A stretch of 64,000 nt of DNA from Eledone cirrhosa. Taxonomy: Eukaryota. The DNA is taken from NCBI GenBank assembly GCA_964016885.1, contig OZ024763.1, positions 17,546,001-17,610,000 on the forward strand, given 5' to 3'. The translations under genes were made by a program, and so were the position numbers. Positions 15,205 to 27,634 of this stretch are shown in pieces. The notes under the pieces are model-generated. The model ran no database searches. It was given only the letters and a program-made list of their open reading frames with translations, and was not told the DNA's origin. Position 1 is the first letter of the stretch. Each line of letters begins with the position of its first letter.

Positions 15205-15375
15205 GTAGGAGGTGAGTTTTATTGTAGTACAATAAAGCAATGCAGATATCGGATAAGAAGCACTCTACAGTTTGTAGGACTGGAGTATACATAATATATA
15301 AGATTAAAAGATGGTTAAATGAGTTGAAATGCGCATAATAAAATACATGGAACTCATTTAACCATCTTTTGATCT

Positions 15376-15384
<9 letters not shown>
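15205..15384. mobile_element. Miniature fold-back copy of the adjacent Penelope-like element
   Basis: Same 86-bp extension as 15839-15924, then a ~35-bp inverted arm, then the last ~60 bp of the pseudo-LTR (gaaatgcgcataataaaa..cttatatattat) and (TA)n. Confidence 0.85.
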
Positions 15385-15426
<42 letters not shown>

Positions 15427-15438
15427 CATATATGTGTG

Positions 15439-15469
<31 letters not shown>

Positions 15470-15745
15470 GGGGGGACAGACTAGAGAGAGAGTGTGTGCT
15501 TATCAGTTAACAGGGTATACCACTAGCGTATGGAACCTATAAACATAAAGGTGAGGTAGTAACATTATAGTTAAAAATATAAATTAAAATGAATTTCCCC
15601 ACCTCTATAACTATATATCACACACGTACAAACTCAGAGAGATTTATATATATATATATCATCATCATCATCATCATCATCGTTTAGCGTCTATCTTCCG
15701 TATATTTTGCTAGATTTATCTATATATATATATATATATATACAC

Positions 15746-15781
<36 letters not shown>

Positions 15782-16163
15782 CATTATCATCATCATATAT
15801 ATATATATAAATATGTATATATATATATATATATATATGTAGGAGGTGAGTTTTATTGTAGTACAATAAAGCAATGCAGATATCGGATAAGAAGCACTCT
15901 ACAGTTTGTGGGACTGGAGTATGCATAATATAAGATCAAAAGATGGTTAAAGGAGTTCAATATATTTTATTATGCGCATTTCAAAAACAAACATCATCAA
16001 ACAATAATATTTGTGTTTTCATCAGATAAAACAGGAGAACATGATATGAAGGCTAAAAAAACACTTGTTGATAGTGCAGTTTTAAATCAACATATGAAAA
16101 GTGGTTTTAGATTGATGTGTGATATTGGGAAAAATATTTTATTTAGAGAGGGGGGGAGAGAAA

Positions 16164-17711
16164 TATTCTGACATCACCACAGATGAACTTCACATCATCC
16201 TCACCGCACGTAAAACCATCCTAGAGTTCAACAACGAATATTGGACCAGAGCCGATACCTCTAACAACTTCGACATCACAATGGGAGCATCCGATTCATC
16301 CCAATTGACTGATTTAATTGGTATCTTCATTTTGAACTCTTTGAGTCGGAAAATTCCTCAACTTCGCGGTGGAATTTATCGTGACGATGGACTCTTTACT
16401 ATCCTAAATTGCAATATAGTTAAACTTAATATTATTAAGAACAATATACGTAATCTCTTTAACCAACATAACCTAAAAATTGAATTTGATAATAGTACCA
16501 AACTAGCTAATTTCTTGGATGTATCTCTTAATCTTGACACTGGCCTATATTACCCTTACCATAAAAACAATGAGAATCTTAATTATGTTAACTTTAAATC
16601 TAACCATCCTACCAATATCAAGAATGCTATAGTTAATAATATTGGAAATAGAATATCTAACATATCTTCTAATAAAAACATCTTTGATGCTAACGCCAAT
16701 TACTATAATAACGCACTTTCTAAAGCTGGCTATCCAGATAAAATCAAATATAATAAAGAAACAAATTCTAGGAAAACTTACAGTAGAATATTTAATCATA
16801 ACCATTCCAATAATTTTAATAAAAGACCTAGATACAAAAACATAATCTGGTATAATGCTCCTTTCTCCATCTCTATTAATAACAATATTCCTAAATTATT
16901 TTTTAGTGCCTTAAATAAATGCTTCCCTCCCTCACATATCTATAGTAAAATATTTAACAAACACACCATTAAATTTTCGTATTCTACATCCTCCAATATT
17001 TCCAACATCATTTCTAAACACAACAACAAAATATTAAATACTAAATCTCTTCCTTCCAATATTGAATCTCATAATAACAATAATAGTACTCCTGACGTCA
17101 TTGTAAACCCTAGGCTAACTTCTGTAAACCCAAATGCAACGTCAAACACAACTTCGCTAAATGTTCATAATCCAACTCTAAATCAAGAAACTATTATTCC
17201 TATTATTCCTATCGCAAACAACTTCTCCAATCCAATTCCTTCTATAGATAACACTAGATCACTCATTAATAATCTCTCTAATTGCAACTGCCGCATTAAA
17301 AATAAATGTCCTCTCAACAACCATTGCCTCGATAAAAACTTAATTTATGAATGTAAAATTATAACTAGCACCAACTCCTTCACCTATTTTGGCTCCACTT
17401 CCACCTCTTTTAAAGCTCGTCTCTATAATCATCATTCATCTTTCAAATACAAACTTAAAAGAACTAACACTGCTCTCTCAGAACTCATATGGTCCTTAAA
17501 AGACAAAAACATTAAATATAACATCTTTTGGAAAAAGATTTCTTCTGCATCCTCGTACTTGAACAGTTCTCTATCTAAAATCTGTAATCTCTGCCTAAAT
17601 GAAAAATTTACCATTATCTCTAACCTAGAATCCATAATAAATAGACGCTCGGATTTGTTTTCCATCTGCCTCCATAAATTCCATAGAACTTTTCACAAAG
17701 TATACAGTTAA
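16164..17711 (+). CDS. Penelope-like reverse transcriptase (C-terminal part) plus GIY-YIG endonuclease, N-terminally truncated
   Basis: FDITMG, GIYRDDGL, FLDVSL, CNCRIKNKCPLNNHC, LIYEC..TYFGST..FKARLYNH, CNLC..EK..CLH. The first ~15 codons of the ORF-track call come from the inverted pseudo-LTR. Confidence 0.9.
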   Translation, partial: YSDITTDELHIILTARKTILEFNNEYWTRADTSNNFDITMGASDSSQLTDLIGIFILNSLSRKIPQLRGGIYRDDGLFTILNCNIVKLNIIKNNIRNLFNQHNLKIEFDNSTKLANFLDVSLNLDTGLYYPYHKNNENLNYVNFKSNHPTNIKNAIVNNIGNRISNISSNKNIFDANANYYNNALSKAGYPDKIKYNKETNSRKTYSRIFNHNHSNNFNKRPRYKNIIWYNAPFSISINNNIPKLFFSALNKCFPPSHIYSKIFNKHTIKFSYSTSSNISNIISKHNNKILNTKSLPSNIESHNNNNSTPDVIVNPRLTSVNPNATSNTTSLNVHNPTLNQETIIPIIPIANNFSNPIPSIDNTRSLINNLSNCNCRIKNKCPLNNHCLDKNLIYECKIITSTNSFTYFGSTSTSFKARLYNHHSSFKYKLKRTNTALSELIWSLKDKNIKYNIFWKKISSASSYLNSSLSKICNLCLNEKFTIISNLESIINRRSDLFSICLHKFHRTFHKVYS

Positions 17712-18943
17712 TATTCAATTCTTTATCAATTTAGAATCTTTTCTCAAAGGCACATATACATACACCTCTTTAAAATATACCCATCTACCTTACTTTAAAG
17801 GGCATTATACACTCTATAGTACTCGTTTATTCATTTACCTCATCCTATCTTCTCGTAAAACAATAACATTTGTTTTTGACATTTTGAATATTCATCCGCA
17901 ATCATTATTATTATTTTTTTTTTTTTTTTTTTTTCCCTCTATCATAAATCTTTTTAATCTCAATTTCATCCTTAATTTATTATTATATATATTTTTTTTA
18001 ATATATACTCATATATTCTTTAAAATATACCCATCTACCTTACTTTAAAGGGCATTATACACTCTATAATACCCGTTTACTCATCACCCTCATTATATCT
18101 CTTCGTAAAACAATAACATTTGTTTTTGACATTTTGAGTATTCATCCGCAATCATTATTATTTTTTCTCTCTATCATAAATCTTTTTAATCTCAATTTCA
18201 TCCTTAATTTATTATTATTATTTTTTTCTCCCCATCAACGAACTCATTATTAATACATATGAATTCAATATAAATTTTTCTCAAATCCTATACATAAACT
18301 TTTTCTCTTTGCTAATTTTAAGATTCCTACATTTCTCCTTTTGAATATTCACCCACAATTATTATTTTTTTCTCTCTATCTCCATACATAATCTCCCTTC
18401 GTTATTTTTTTCTCTCTATCTCCATACATAATTTCCCTTCGTTAATTTTCAAATTCCTTTAATTTATACATTATCTTCCAACGGTTCCCAACCTCTCTAT
18501 ATTAAAACATTATATCTTTTTCTCAGTTATAAAAACTATCTCTTTCTCTCTATCACCCATCTCTCCCTTTCCACCTTCACTCTCATCTCCTCCCTTTTTT
18601 CATCCTTTCCACCCCCACCCCTCCCTAAATATAATATATTTTTTCCTCGCACATATCCTCCCTTCGTTAATTTTCAAAATTTTTAATTTATACAGTATCT
18701 TCCAACGGTTTTCAACCCCTCTATATAAAATATATCTCCTCTCTGTTATAAAAACTATCTCTTTCTCTCTATCACCCATCTCTCCCTCTCATCTCCTTCC
18801 CTTTTCATCCTTTTCTCTCCCCCCCTCTCTAAATAAAATATTTTTCCCAATATCACACATCAATCTAAAACCACTTTTCATATGTTGATTTAAAACTGCA
18901 CTATCAACAAGTGTTTTTTTAGCCTTCATATCATGTTCTCCTG

Positions 18944-19010
18944 TTTTATCTGATGAAAACACAAATATTATTGTTTGATGATGTTTGTTTTTGAAATGCG
19001 CATAATAAAA
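18944..19010 (+). ncRNA. Minimal type I hammerhead ribozyme in the pseudo-LTR (mirror copy on - strand at about 15965-16031)
   Basis: ttttat CTGATGA aaacacaaatattatt-gttt-gatgatgtttgttttt GAAA tgcgca TA ataaaa; the palindromic mini stem III is typical of PLE hammerheads. Confidence 0.85.
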
Positions 19011-19042
19011 TATATTGAACTCCTTTAACCATCTTTTGATCT

Positions 19043-19087
<45 letters not shown>

Positions 19088-19366
19088 CATCATCGTTTAA
19101 CGTCCATCTTCCACGCTAGCATATATATATATATACATATATATATATACACACATATATATATACATATATTGGTAAACGGAATAGAAAATGGTGACAA
19201 ATTGTTCACAGTGAAAAATAGTTTAATTAGGAATAAGTGAGAATTAGTAATAGTATTGGTTAGTATTCAGTTTTGGTTTTAAGTTTTGCCGGTTGCGCAT
19301 TTCTAATGCTTTTCAAAAATAATTTTGAGATAGAGCGCCCGTGATGTTTGCTCTGATCTGTATATA

Positions 19367-19435
<69 letters not shown>

Positions 19436-19460
19436 ATGATGATTATATATATATATATAT

Positions 19461-22014
19461 CATCATCATCATCATCATCAACGTTTAACGTCCGTGTTCC
19501 ACGCTTGCATGGGTTTGGACGGGGGTAGTCCCACTTGAGGCAAGAGTGATTGTCTTGCTCGCATAGGACTGTCTGGCAGGTTTTCTACAGTTGGATGCCC
19601 TTCCTAACACCAACCACATTTACAGTGTGGGTCTGGGAGGTTTTTACCGTGTTGCCTACACGGCCACATTACAGCGTGGACTGTGTGTTTTTTTGTCGTG
19701 ACACCTATCTCATTTGTTTCGGCCTGGATGGCGCGGCACCAACATAACTTTACATAGGACGGGGTGGTGTGGATGGGTGGGGGTGGTGGCGGGACGGGGT
19801 GTATTTTGTTAGAGATGCCTACTGGCAAGGCGGGTCTTCTCTGTTACTGAGTACCGCCAAAGGTCTCGGTCCAGTGACATTGTCTTGGAGAGGTGTAAGT
19901 GTGTGAGGTCGGAGTTTATCAGCTCGTCCCAGGTTTTTCTAGGTCTGCCTATTCCGTGGCTACCGTCTATCTTTATTGCCCTGCACTTTGTTATACAGCT
20001 ATCGACTTTCATGCGCATCACGTGTCCATACCAACGTAGCCTTCTCTCGAGTAAACAACATCTGATCCCTCTTATCTCTAATTTTTTCCTTAGTTCGTTT
20101 ATGCTTTGCCGTTCACGTATATTACTGTTACACATCCAGCGGAGCATGCAAGCTTCGTTCCTCTCTAGTCTGCGTATATCCTCTGCACACAATGCCCAGG
20201 TCTCACTGCCATGCAACATTGCTGTTCGTATGCAGGCATCGTACAACCTGCCTTTCATTTTTAGGGAGAACCCTTTAGCAGCTAATAGTGGTATAAGCTC
20301 TCTGAACTTTTTCCAACCAGTTCTGACTCTAGCTACAGTACTTTCAGAGCACCCTCCCCCACTGCTGATTTTATCGCCCAGGTAACGGAAGCTGTCCACT
20401 ATTTCTATAGAACCCTCTGCGCAATTGAAAGAGCTAGTATTTTGTGGGCACTTGCTGCTACTTATTGCACCAGAACACCGGCCACATGTAAAATCTATGT
20501 TCTTAGTTAGCTTACCTGTGATCCCACTACATCTTTTATGCACCCATACTTTGCATTTAGGACATAAAATGGAGTTTCTACCTACGCCTTTCCTACACAC
20601 CGAGCACGACCATTTCCCAGAAGGGACCGCCGCCTTGTTTTCTTTCCTACAAACTAGAACTTTGGTCTTAGCCAGGTTAATTTTAAGTCCTTTTGACTCT
20701 AGGCCGTGCTTCCATGTTTGGAATTTCTTCTCTAGCTCGGCCATTGATTCCGCTATGAGTGTCAGGTCGTCTGCATATAGGAGTTCCCATGGGCAGCCTG
20801 TCTTGAACTCCTCTGTTATAGCCTGAAGGGCAATAATAAATAGTAGGGGGCTGAGAACAGAGCCCTGATGGACGCCAACTTTTACGCTAAACTCTTCACT
20901 ATATTCGTTGTTAATTCTAACCTTGCTGACTGTTTCTTTATACATGGCTTGTATAGCCCTCACAAGCCATTCGTCAACGCCTAGTTTTCTAAGAGCCCAC
21001 CAGATAATGGAGCGGGGGACTCTGTCGAAGGCTTTCTCCAAGTCGACAAAAGCTAAGTAGAGGGGTTTACCTTTAGCTAGGAACTTCTCCTGTAGTTGTC
21101 GTACTATGAAAAGAGCGTCTGTGGTACTTTTGCCTGACACAAACCCGAACTGCATTTCATCTAGGTCAATTCTCTCTCTGAGTAGTTGCGCTATTACTTT
21201 TTCCGTGACCTTCATGACCTGGTCGATTAATTTAATGCCTCTATAGTTACTCCTATCTAGGGCGTCTCCTTTACCCTTATAACAGTTAACGATGATGCTG
21301 CTATGCCAGTCCTTCGGAACAACCCCATTCTGTACGACTTGGTTAACTATGCGGGTGACCATGGTGTGTCCCACCGTGCCAGATGCCTTCAGCATCTCAG
21401 CAACTATTTCCGAAGGCCCAGCCGCCTTACCTGTCTTCATATCCTTGATTGCCTTACTTATTATACTCCCCTCGACTAACACTGCTGGTCCCTCTATTGG
21501 GTCGACATGGGGGAGACTGTCTTTCTCCCATTTATTCTCCTCATTTAGTAGCCTTTCATAGTGACACTTCCAAGCTACCTTCTTATCAGTGTCGGTGATG
21601 GCAAGTATGCCATCATCGTTAAGTACACACTTCTCCCCGACAATATCACGGTTTTCCTTGACGCATTGCCTAGCAATCCTGAACACCTCACGTTTTTGGT
21701 CATCGCGTTGTAGGACATGCTTGAACTTTCTTTCCTCAGCTTCCCTTCTTGCTAAGTACACTTCTCTCCTAGCTTCCCTCCTGGCCACTTGATAGTCTAC
21801 TCTACTTCCCCCATCCCGCCATACTTTCCAAGCCTGCTTTTTGGCCTTAATTGACCCCTCCACCTTACTGTTCCACCACCATGTTTCTCTCCTCCTGCCT
21901 GCAGGCCTGCTCCAGCCACAGACTTCGTCTGTCGCCAACAGCAGGTTTGCTTTCAGAAATTCCCACTGTCCTTCTATATTGTCCGACTCTAAATGTTCTT
22001 CCTTACTGTCGAAA

Positions 22015-22016
<2 letters not shown>
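19461..22016 (-). mobile_element. RTE-clade LINE, 5'-truncated, with intact RT region, 3' UTR and (ATG)n tail
   Basis: See the ORF below. Tail gacgttaaacgttgatgatgat; (TA)n on both sides. Confidence 0.92.
19809..21938 (-). CDS. RTE-type non-LTR reverse transcriptase (partial ORF2) with an internal PHD finger
   Basis: [43 protein letters not shown]4HC3 motif, [13 protein letters not shown]. Confidence 0.92.
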   Translation of the reverse strand: MATDEVCGWSRPAGRRRETWWWNSKVEGSIKAKKQAWKVWRDGGSRVDYQVARREARREVYLARREAEERKFKHVLQRDDQKREVFRIARQCVKENRDIVGEKCVLNDDGILAITDTDKKVAWKCHYERLLNEENKWEKDSLPHVDPIEGPAVLVEGSIISKAIKDMKTGKAAGPSEIVAEMLKASGTVGHTMVTRIVNQVVQNGVVPKDWHSSIIVNCYKGKGDALDRSNYRGIKLIDQVMKVTEKVIAQLLRERIDLDEMQFGFVSGKSTTDALFIVRQLQEKFLAKGKPLYLAFVDLEKAFDRVPRSIIWWALRKLGVDEWLVRAIQAMYKETVSKVRINNEYSEEFSVKVGVHQGSVLSPLLFIIALQAITEEFKTGCPWELLYADDLTLIAESMAELEKKFQTWKHGLESKGLKINLAKTKVLVCRKENKAAVPSGKWSCSVCRKGVGRNSILCPKCKVWVHKRCSGITGKLTKNIDFTCGRCSGAISSSKCPQNTSSFNCAEGSIEIVDSFRYLGDKISSGGGCSESTVARVRTGWKKFRELIPLLAAKGFSLKMKGRLYDACIRTAMLHGSETWALCAEDIRRLERNEACMLRWMCNSNIRERQSINELRKKLEIRGIRCCLLERRLRWYGHVMRMKVDSCITKCRAIKIDGSHGIGRPRKTWDELINSDLTHLHLSKTMSLDRDLWRYSVTEKTRLASRHL

Positions 22017-22056
<40 letters not shown>

Positions 22057-22243
22057 GTATATATATATATTTATATATATATATACGTATATATATATAT
22101 TTATATATATATATACGTATATATATATATTTATATATATATATACGTATATATATATATATTTATATATATACGTATATATATATTTATATATATAATA
22201 AAGGAAACAAAAAATCAGTGATGCATCTGGACTTAGTTTATTT

Positions 22244-22334
22244 CGTGTTACATATGTTTCACCGGCATGTAGCTTGAGTCATGGTCCTTGTATGGATCTG
22301 GCTGATTCTACTTCTGCGGGTTCTTTCAGACACG
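22244..22334 (-). ncRNA. Hammerhead-like motif with long stem II in a solo fragment (22197-22368) inside (TA)n
   Basis: Minus strand: cgtgt CTGAaAGA acccgca..tgccggt GAAA catatg TA acacg, with one extra A in the core. Confidence 0.6.
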
Positions 22335-22388
22335 TCTGTTATGTCCGGAGCAAATTTTATCACTCAGTATATATATATATATATATAT

Positions 22389-22447
22389 CTGCCATGTATT
22401 GAGTACCTTACTTACTGTGGTTATCCCCGACTCAACCCGGGACCTAC

Positions 22448-22450
<3 letters not shown>
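22389..22450 (+). mobile_element. Isolated 62-bp pseudo-LTR extension in (TA)n
   Basis: Reverse complement of 61601-61662, identical as far as I can read (ctgccatgtattgagtacc..gggacctacgta). Confidence 0.8.
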
Positions 22451-22481
<31 letters not shown>

Positions 22482-22717
22482 TGTCTGTTAGCTTTTTATG
22501 TGGAGATGCGTCTGTGAATGGGCCACGTAAAACAAATTTGCGTAATTCAAGTCTATTTTTCCCATAAATAAAATAATTTAAAACCACATGATTTATAGCG
22601 AATTATTCACACAAAGTGAATATTTAATATCTTTTCAAGAGGTGTTAAAGCGAATTTGTGCAATTCAAGTTCATGTAAAAAACGAACAGACTATATATAT
22701 ATATATATATATAATAA

Positions 22718-22826
22718 TTGTTTCTACTTTTGGCACAAGGCCAGCAATAACCCAGTACATTACTGGTACTTTATTTTATCGACCCCGTATGGATGAAAGG
22801 CAAAGTTAACCTCGGCGGGATTTGAA
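22718..22826 (-). mobile_element. SINE family C fragment
   Basis: Matches 29736-29845. Confidence 0.75.
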
Positions 22827-23102
22827 TATATATATATATATAATAATAAAATGTGGAGAGGAGGCACACGAGTTTGGATATATATATATGAAAACAGGCG
22901 AATATAGACAATAATTAAATATATAAATAGATAAATAAATGCCATTGTTAAATAATAAATAAACAACTAATACCTTAACACTTCACACAAAGTAAAACAT
23001 TTCGTTTTAATCCTTTTCTAACCCAGAAAAAAGAGAGAGAGAGACACAAAAAAAAGGAAAAAAATATATTTTTCTTCCTCATAATCGTCTCTTTCTCCCT
23101 GT

Positions 23103-23152
<50 letters not shown>

Positions 23153-23154
23153 AT

Positions 23155-25061
23155 ACAGGCTACTGATGAAACTTGTGGCTGGAGCAGAGCTCCAACCAGA
23201 CAGAGAGTGAGCTGGTGGTGGAACAGCACAGTAGATAAGGCCATTAAAGACAAAAGACTAGCATGGAAGGCTTGGAAAAAGGGTGGGCGTAGGGAAGAAT
23301 ATACAGCCACTAAGAGAGAAGCTAGACGTCAGGTGTACTTAGCACGCAGGGAGGCAGAGAGTAGGAGGTTTGCCAATGTTCTGCGACGGAAAGATCAGAG
23401 GCGTGCGGTGTTCCACATTGCAAGGCAGTGTGTCAATGCAAATCAGGATGTTGTTGGAGATAAATGTCTCCGGGATGATGCCGGTGTACTTAGTGTCACG
23501 AATGATCAGAAAAGGGAGGCCTGGAAATGTCATTATGAGAGACTGATGAATGTGGAGAAAGAATGGGAGAGAGAGAAATTACCCTTGGTGGATCCGACAG
23601 AGGGACCAGCTATTGAGATTGACGAATATAGGGTCCAAGAGGCGATTAGGGAAATGAAAAATGGTAAGGCTGCTGGACCATCGGGAATAGTTGCCGAGAT
23701 GCTGAAGGCATCAGGGGACGTAGGCACTAAACTGGTTGCACGCATCATCAATCAGGCTATATATGGTGGTGTCATACCCAAAGACTGGTGCAGAAGTATT
23801 CTCATAAATTGCTACAAAGGTAAAGGGGATGCTGTGGAGAGGAGCAATTATAGGGGTATAAAACTGATAGATCAGGTTATGAAAGTGGCAAAAAGGATAT
23901 TAGCACAACTAATTAGAGAAAGGGTCAAACTAGATGAGATGCAGTTTGGTTTTGTGCCTGGGAAGAGTACAACAGATGCCCTCTTCTTGGTGAGACAATT
24001 GCAAGAGAGGTTCTTAGAGAAAAATAAGCCACTATACTTAGCCTTTGTTGACCTAGAGAAGGCCTTTGATAGGGTACCCCGATCTGTCATCTGGTGGTCC
24101 CTAAGGAAGCTAGGTGTTGAGGAATAGCTTGTGAGGACCGTGCAAACTTTGTACAGAGGTACTCTCAGTAAAGTCAGGGTAGGAATGGAGTTTAGTGAGG
24201 AATTCCAGATACAAGTGGGAGTACATCAGGGTTCGGTCCTCAGCCCGCTCTTGTTCATTATAGTCCTCCAAGCCATAACAGAGGAGTTTAAGACTGGCTG
24301 TCCATGGGAACTTCTCTATGCTGACGATCTGGTTCTTATAGCAGAATCAGTAGAGGAGTTAGAGAATAAATTCTGGCTATGGAAACAGCAGTTGGAAGCA
24401 AGAGGACTGAGAGTGAATCTAGCTAAGACAAAAGTGTTGATGAGTAGAAAAGAGGACAAAACCCTGATTCCGTCAGGGAAATGGCCATGTTCGATATGCA
24501 GAAAAGGAACTGGCATAAATTCTATAAAATGCACACAATGCAGATCCTGGGTACACAAGAGATGTAGCGGGATAGCAGGCAAACTAACAGGTAGGGAGAA
24601 ATATGTATGCAGTAGATGTACAGGGAAATTAGACAGTAAAAGTCGCATTGATAGACACATTTTTCAAATGCAGGAGGGTGCTATAGAAATGGTGGATAGG
24701 TTGCGGTACCTAGGAGATCAGATTAGCATGGGAGGAGGGTGTTTCGAGGCCATAGTATCTAGAATAAGGACGGGTTGGAAGAAGTTTAGGGAGCTGCTTC
24801 CTCTGTTGACGAAGAAGGGTTTCTCCTTGCATACGAAAGGCCGGTTGTATGATGCCTGTGTGAGGAGCGTGATGCTGCATGGTAGTGAGACATGGGCAGC
24901 AACTGCAGAGGATATGCGACGGCTGGAGAGAAATGAGGCAAGCATGCTCCGTTGGATGTGCAGTGTAAATGTGCGTGAACGACGCAGCATAAATGTGTTG
25001 AGAGGGATAGAATGTAGTGTACGGGAGAGGAGACTGAGGTGGTATGGACATGTGATGGACA
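23155..25061 (+). pseudogene. Second RTE-clade LINE fragment (different subfamily), RT interrupted by a premature stop
   Basis: ORFs 23207-24127 and 24131-25165 are in frame. EE*LV corresponds to DEWLV in 19809-21938 (TGG>TAG). PHD at about 24488-24619. Both ends run into (TA)n. Confidence 0.9.
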
Positions 25062-25077
25062 TGTATATATGTATATA

Positions 25078-25121
<44 letters not shown>

Positions 25122-25371
25122 TATATATATATATATATACGCAGTTCAAGAGTAACCAATCTTAAAGAGAGAGATGGAGATAGGAGAGGAGAAGAGAGAT
25201 TGGTGAATTAGTTAGAAGCCAAAGCGTAAAGGCATGTGCTCAATGTGCAATATGCAGTGGAAGGCAGCTAGGTGGCTGGGTTCATGCACAGAGCTGGAAA
25301 TATTAATAATGTCTTCCTTGTGAAATTTGTGGTCTTGTTTTGCTTAACTAATGAATAAATATATATATATT

Positions 25372-25757
25372 TCGTTTCTGAATTTGTTTAGCAAGATTCT
25401 TTATCTGAAAACGTGTGTTGAAACCGATATTGTTATACTTTGGGAGGGTCATGTTGCCAATAAGAAACACATGCACCAGTTGCTTTCACTCCAATTTATT
25501 ATAAATTTAATTTATAAATTTAAGAATTTATAAATTTCCGGTTGGTTGGGTGGTTCCATAACCAGACGGTTGTTCATATTTTTGTCAAAGTTCTTTCGTC
25601 ACAGATTCTGTGAACTCTTCACTGACTGGGAATTCTTTTCTTTGTTTTTGTGCCTCTCCTGTGTTCTGTCCTACGCCATCTTGTTTTTGTGTGTGCGAAG
25701 GCAACTGGTGCGTGTGTTTCTTATTGGCAACATGACCCTCCCAAAGCATAACAATCT
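25372..25757. mobile_element. Fold-back remnant with ~60-bp inverted arms (about 25430-25490 / 25695-25755)
   Basis: attgttatactttgggagggtcatgttgccaataagaaacac..caccagttgc and its reverse complement; no intact hammerhead seen. Confidence 0.6.
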
Positions 25758-25759
25758 AT

Positions 25760-25791
<32 letters not shown>

Positions 25792-26110
25792 TTTACGTCC
25801 GCTTTTCCCTGCTTGCAAGGGTGGGACGTGTCTTATTCAGCACAGCATCTCTCCACTCGTCACCGTGAGTTTCAATGATCTGAGGTCTGTTCTCACCACC
25901 TCCGCCCATGTTTTTCGTGGTCTACCTCTACCACATCTTCAACTGGCATTTCCTGGCACTTCTTCACCCATCGGTCATCCTCCATGCACATCACATGTCC
26001 ATACCATCTCAGTCTTCTCTCCCGCACACCACAACTTATCCCCCTTATACCCAGTTTCTCTCCCAACTCGTCTATGCTTGGTCGTTCACACACATTGACA
26101 TTGCACATCT
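25760..26110 (-). mobile_element. RTE LINE 3' fragment
   Basis: [39 protein letters not shown] plus an (ATG)n tail. Confidence 0.85.
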
Positions 26111-27634
26111 AATTTTTTAATGATTTAATGTTAAAGAATAAAAACTAATGATAAGATAAAAAAATATTTTTAAAAATGAGGCGTCCAAGGTGAGTGACCC
26201 TAAGCTATAACTTATTTAGCTCATGGCTAAATCTAGCACTGAGCATAAGAAATATGGAGCATAAGTCTAGCCAGCCTGTTAGCCACTTAGCAGTATTGTG
26301 ACTCAGAAAGCGAAGGCCATGTTTGTTGGCTGAAATATTGCTATGAAGCCCTGTTGGTCATTTATTTGCTGCTAAAACAGCAGAAATATATCTGAAAAGA
26401 GGCTGTTGTGGAGCCATGGTTAAATGTCGAAACATTATATTCTGACATTTGTAAAAGTTTCGCTGAAGTTGTGTCACAGATGGAGATGGACTGATGAAGA
26501 TAAGATTAATTGGAGTCACTTTTTATACTTGCTCCGCAAATATCAGGTTGTGTGGGTGTATATGTGTGTGTGTGTGTGTAGATGTATGTGTATTCATGTA
26601 GAGTTACTTTTTATACTTGCTCCACTAATATCAGGTTGTGTGTGTGTGTATATGTGTGGGTGTATGTCTATGTGTGTGTATGTCTGTATATTCATGTACA
26701 GTTAGTTTTTATACTTGCTCAACTAATATCAGGTTATGTGTGTGTGTGTGTATATGTGTGTAGGGATGTGTGTGGGTGTATATGTATGTCTATATGTGTG
26801 TGTATATGTATGTCTATGTGTGTGTATGGGTGTATATGTATGTCTATGTGTGTGTATATATATGTATATTCTCTCTGCTCTCAGTTCAAATCCTGCTGAG
26901 GTCAATTTTGCCTCTAATATTTTTGAGGTACCAGTTTAATACTGGGTCGATTCTTTATATATCTTTTTTTTTCTACCTTACTCTCTCTCTCTCTCTCTCT
27001 CTGTAAAACATCAGCTGTGTTGCGACCTGAAGAAACCTAGGTTCTGTCAGCCCTAAAATACCCAAGATATATTGCCCTAATGCCTATTTTTTCCCCCATT
27101 CTAGGGATTTATACACTCTGATATTATTAAACTATTTTCTAAATAGCTCAGTGGTTATAACAGTCAGCCAGTACCTGTAAGTTTGATCCTTCGTAGCAGT
27201 CACTGTCCACTTTTTTATCCACCTGTAAGGTTATTTTGGTAGTTTACCTGATTTTCTAAGATAAGTCTCACCCTTTATACACACACAGATATGTACACCA
27301 ACATATATGCCATCCTATGTACACACACATGTGCACCAACAAATGGCCCACCATGTATACACACACAAATATTTCCACCAATGTACAGCCCACCATGGAT
27401 ACACACACATGTACACTAACAAATGGCCCACACTGTAAACATAATTTCATGTCACAACCATTGTCAAGTTATGTTCCATACATCAGTTTAATAACGAGAA
27501 AGTTAATTAATTAGTTATATTGCTTACTTATCTTCATAACATCTCAGCACTTTGTAGTAAAAAAAATACAGCCGAGTTACTAATTCAATTCGATCTTCAA
27601 ATTCCACCACCGGCTTCTAATCATGTGAAGTTTA

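Larger units (their letters stand above)
15839..19050 (+). mobile_element. 5'-truncated Penelope-like retroelement with inverted pseudo-LTR
   Basis: 239-bp inverted repeat 15925-16163 / 18812-19050 enclosing an RT + GIY-YIG ORF and a 3' region with internal duplications. Both flanks are (TA)n. Confidence 0.92.

Noticed and set aside
16164-17711. Selenoprotein-type recoding reported for some PLEs
   Set aside because: No in-frame TGA in the retained ORF, which ends in TAA.
22481-22692. Possible MITE with ~20-bp imperfect TIR (gtctgtt..aacagac) in (TA)n
   Set aside because: Single copy and weak TIR match.
27581-27620. AAT TCA ATT CGA (NSIR) as the upstream forkhead exon
   Set aside because: It continues SSNSTTGF* rather than HNLSLN.
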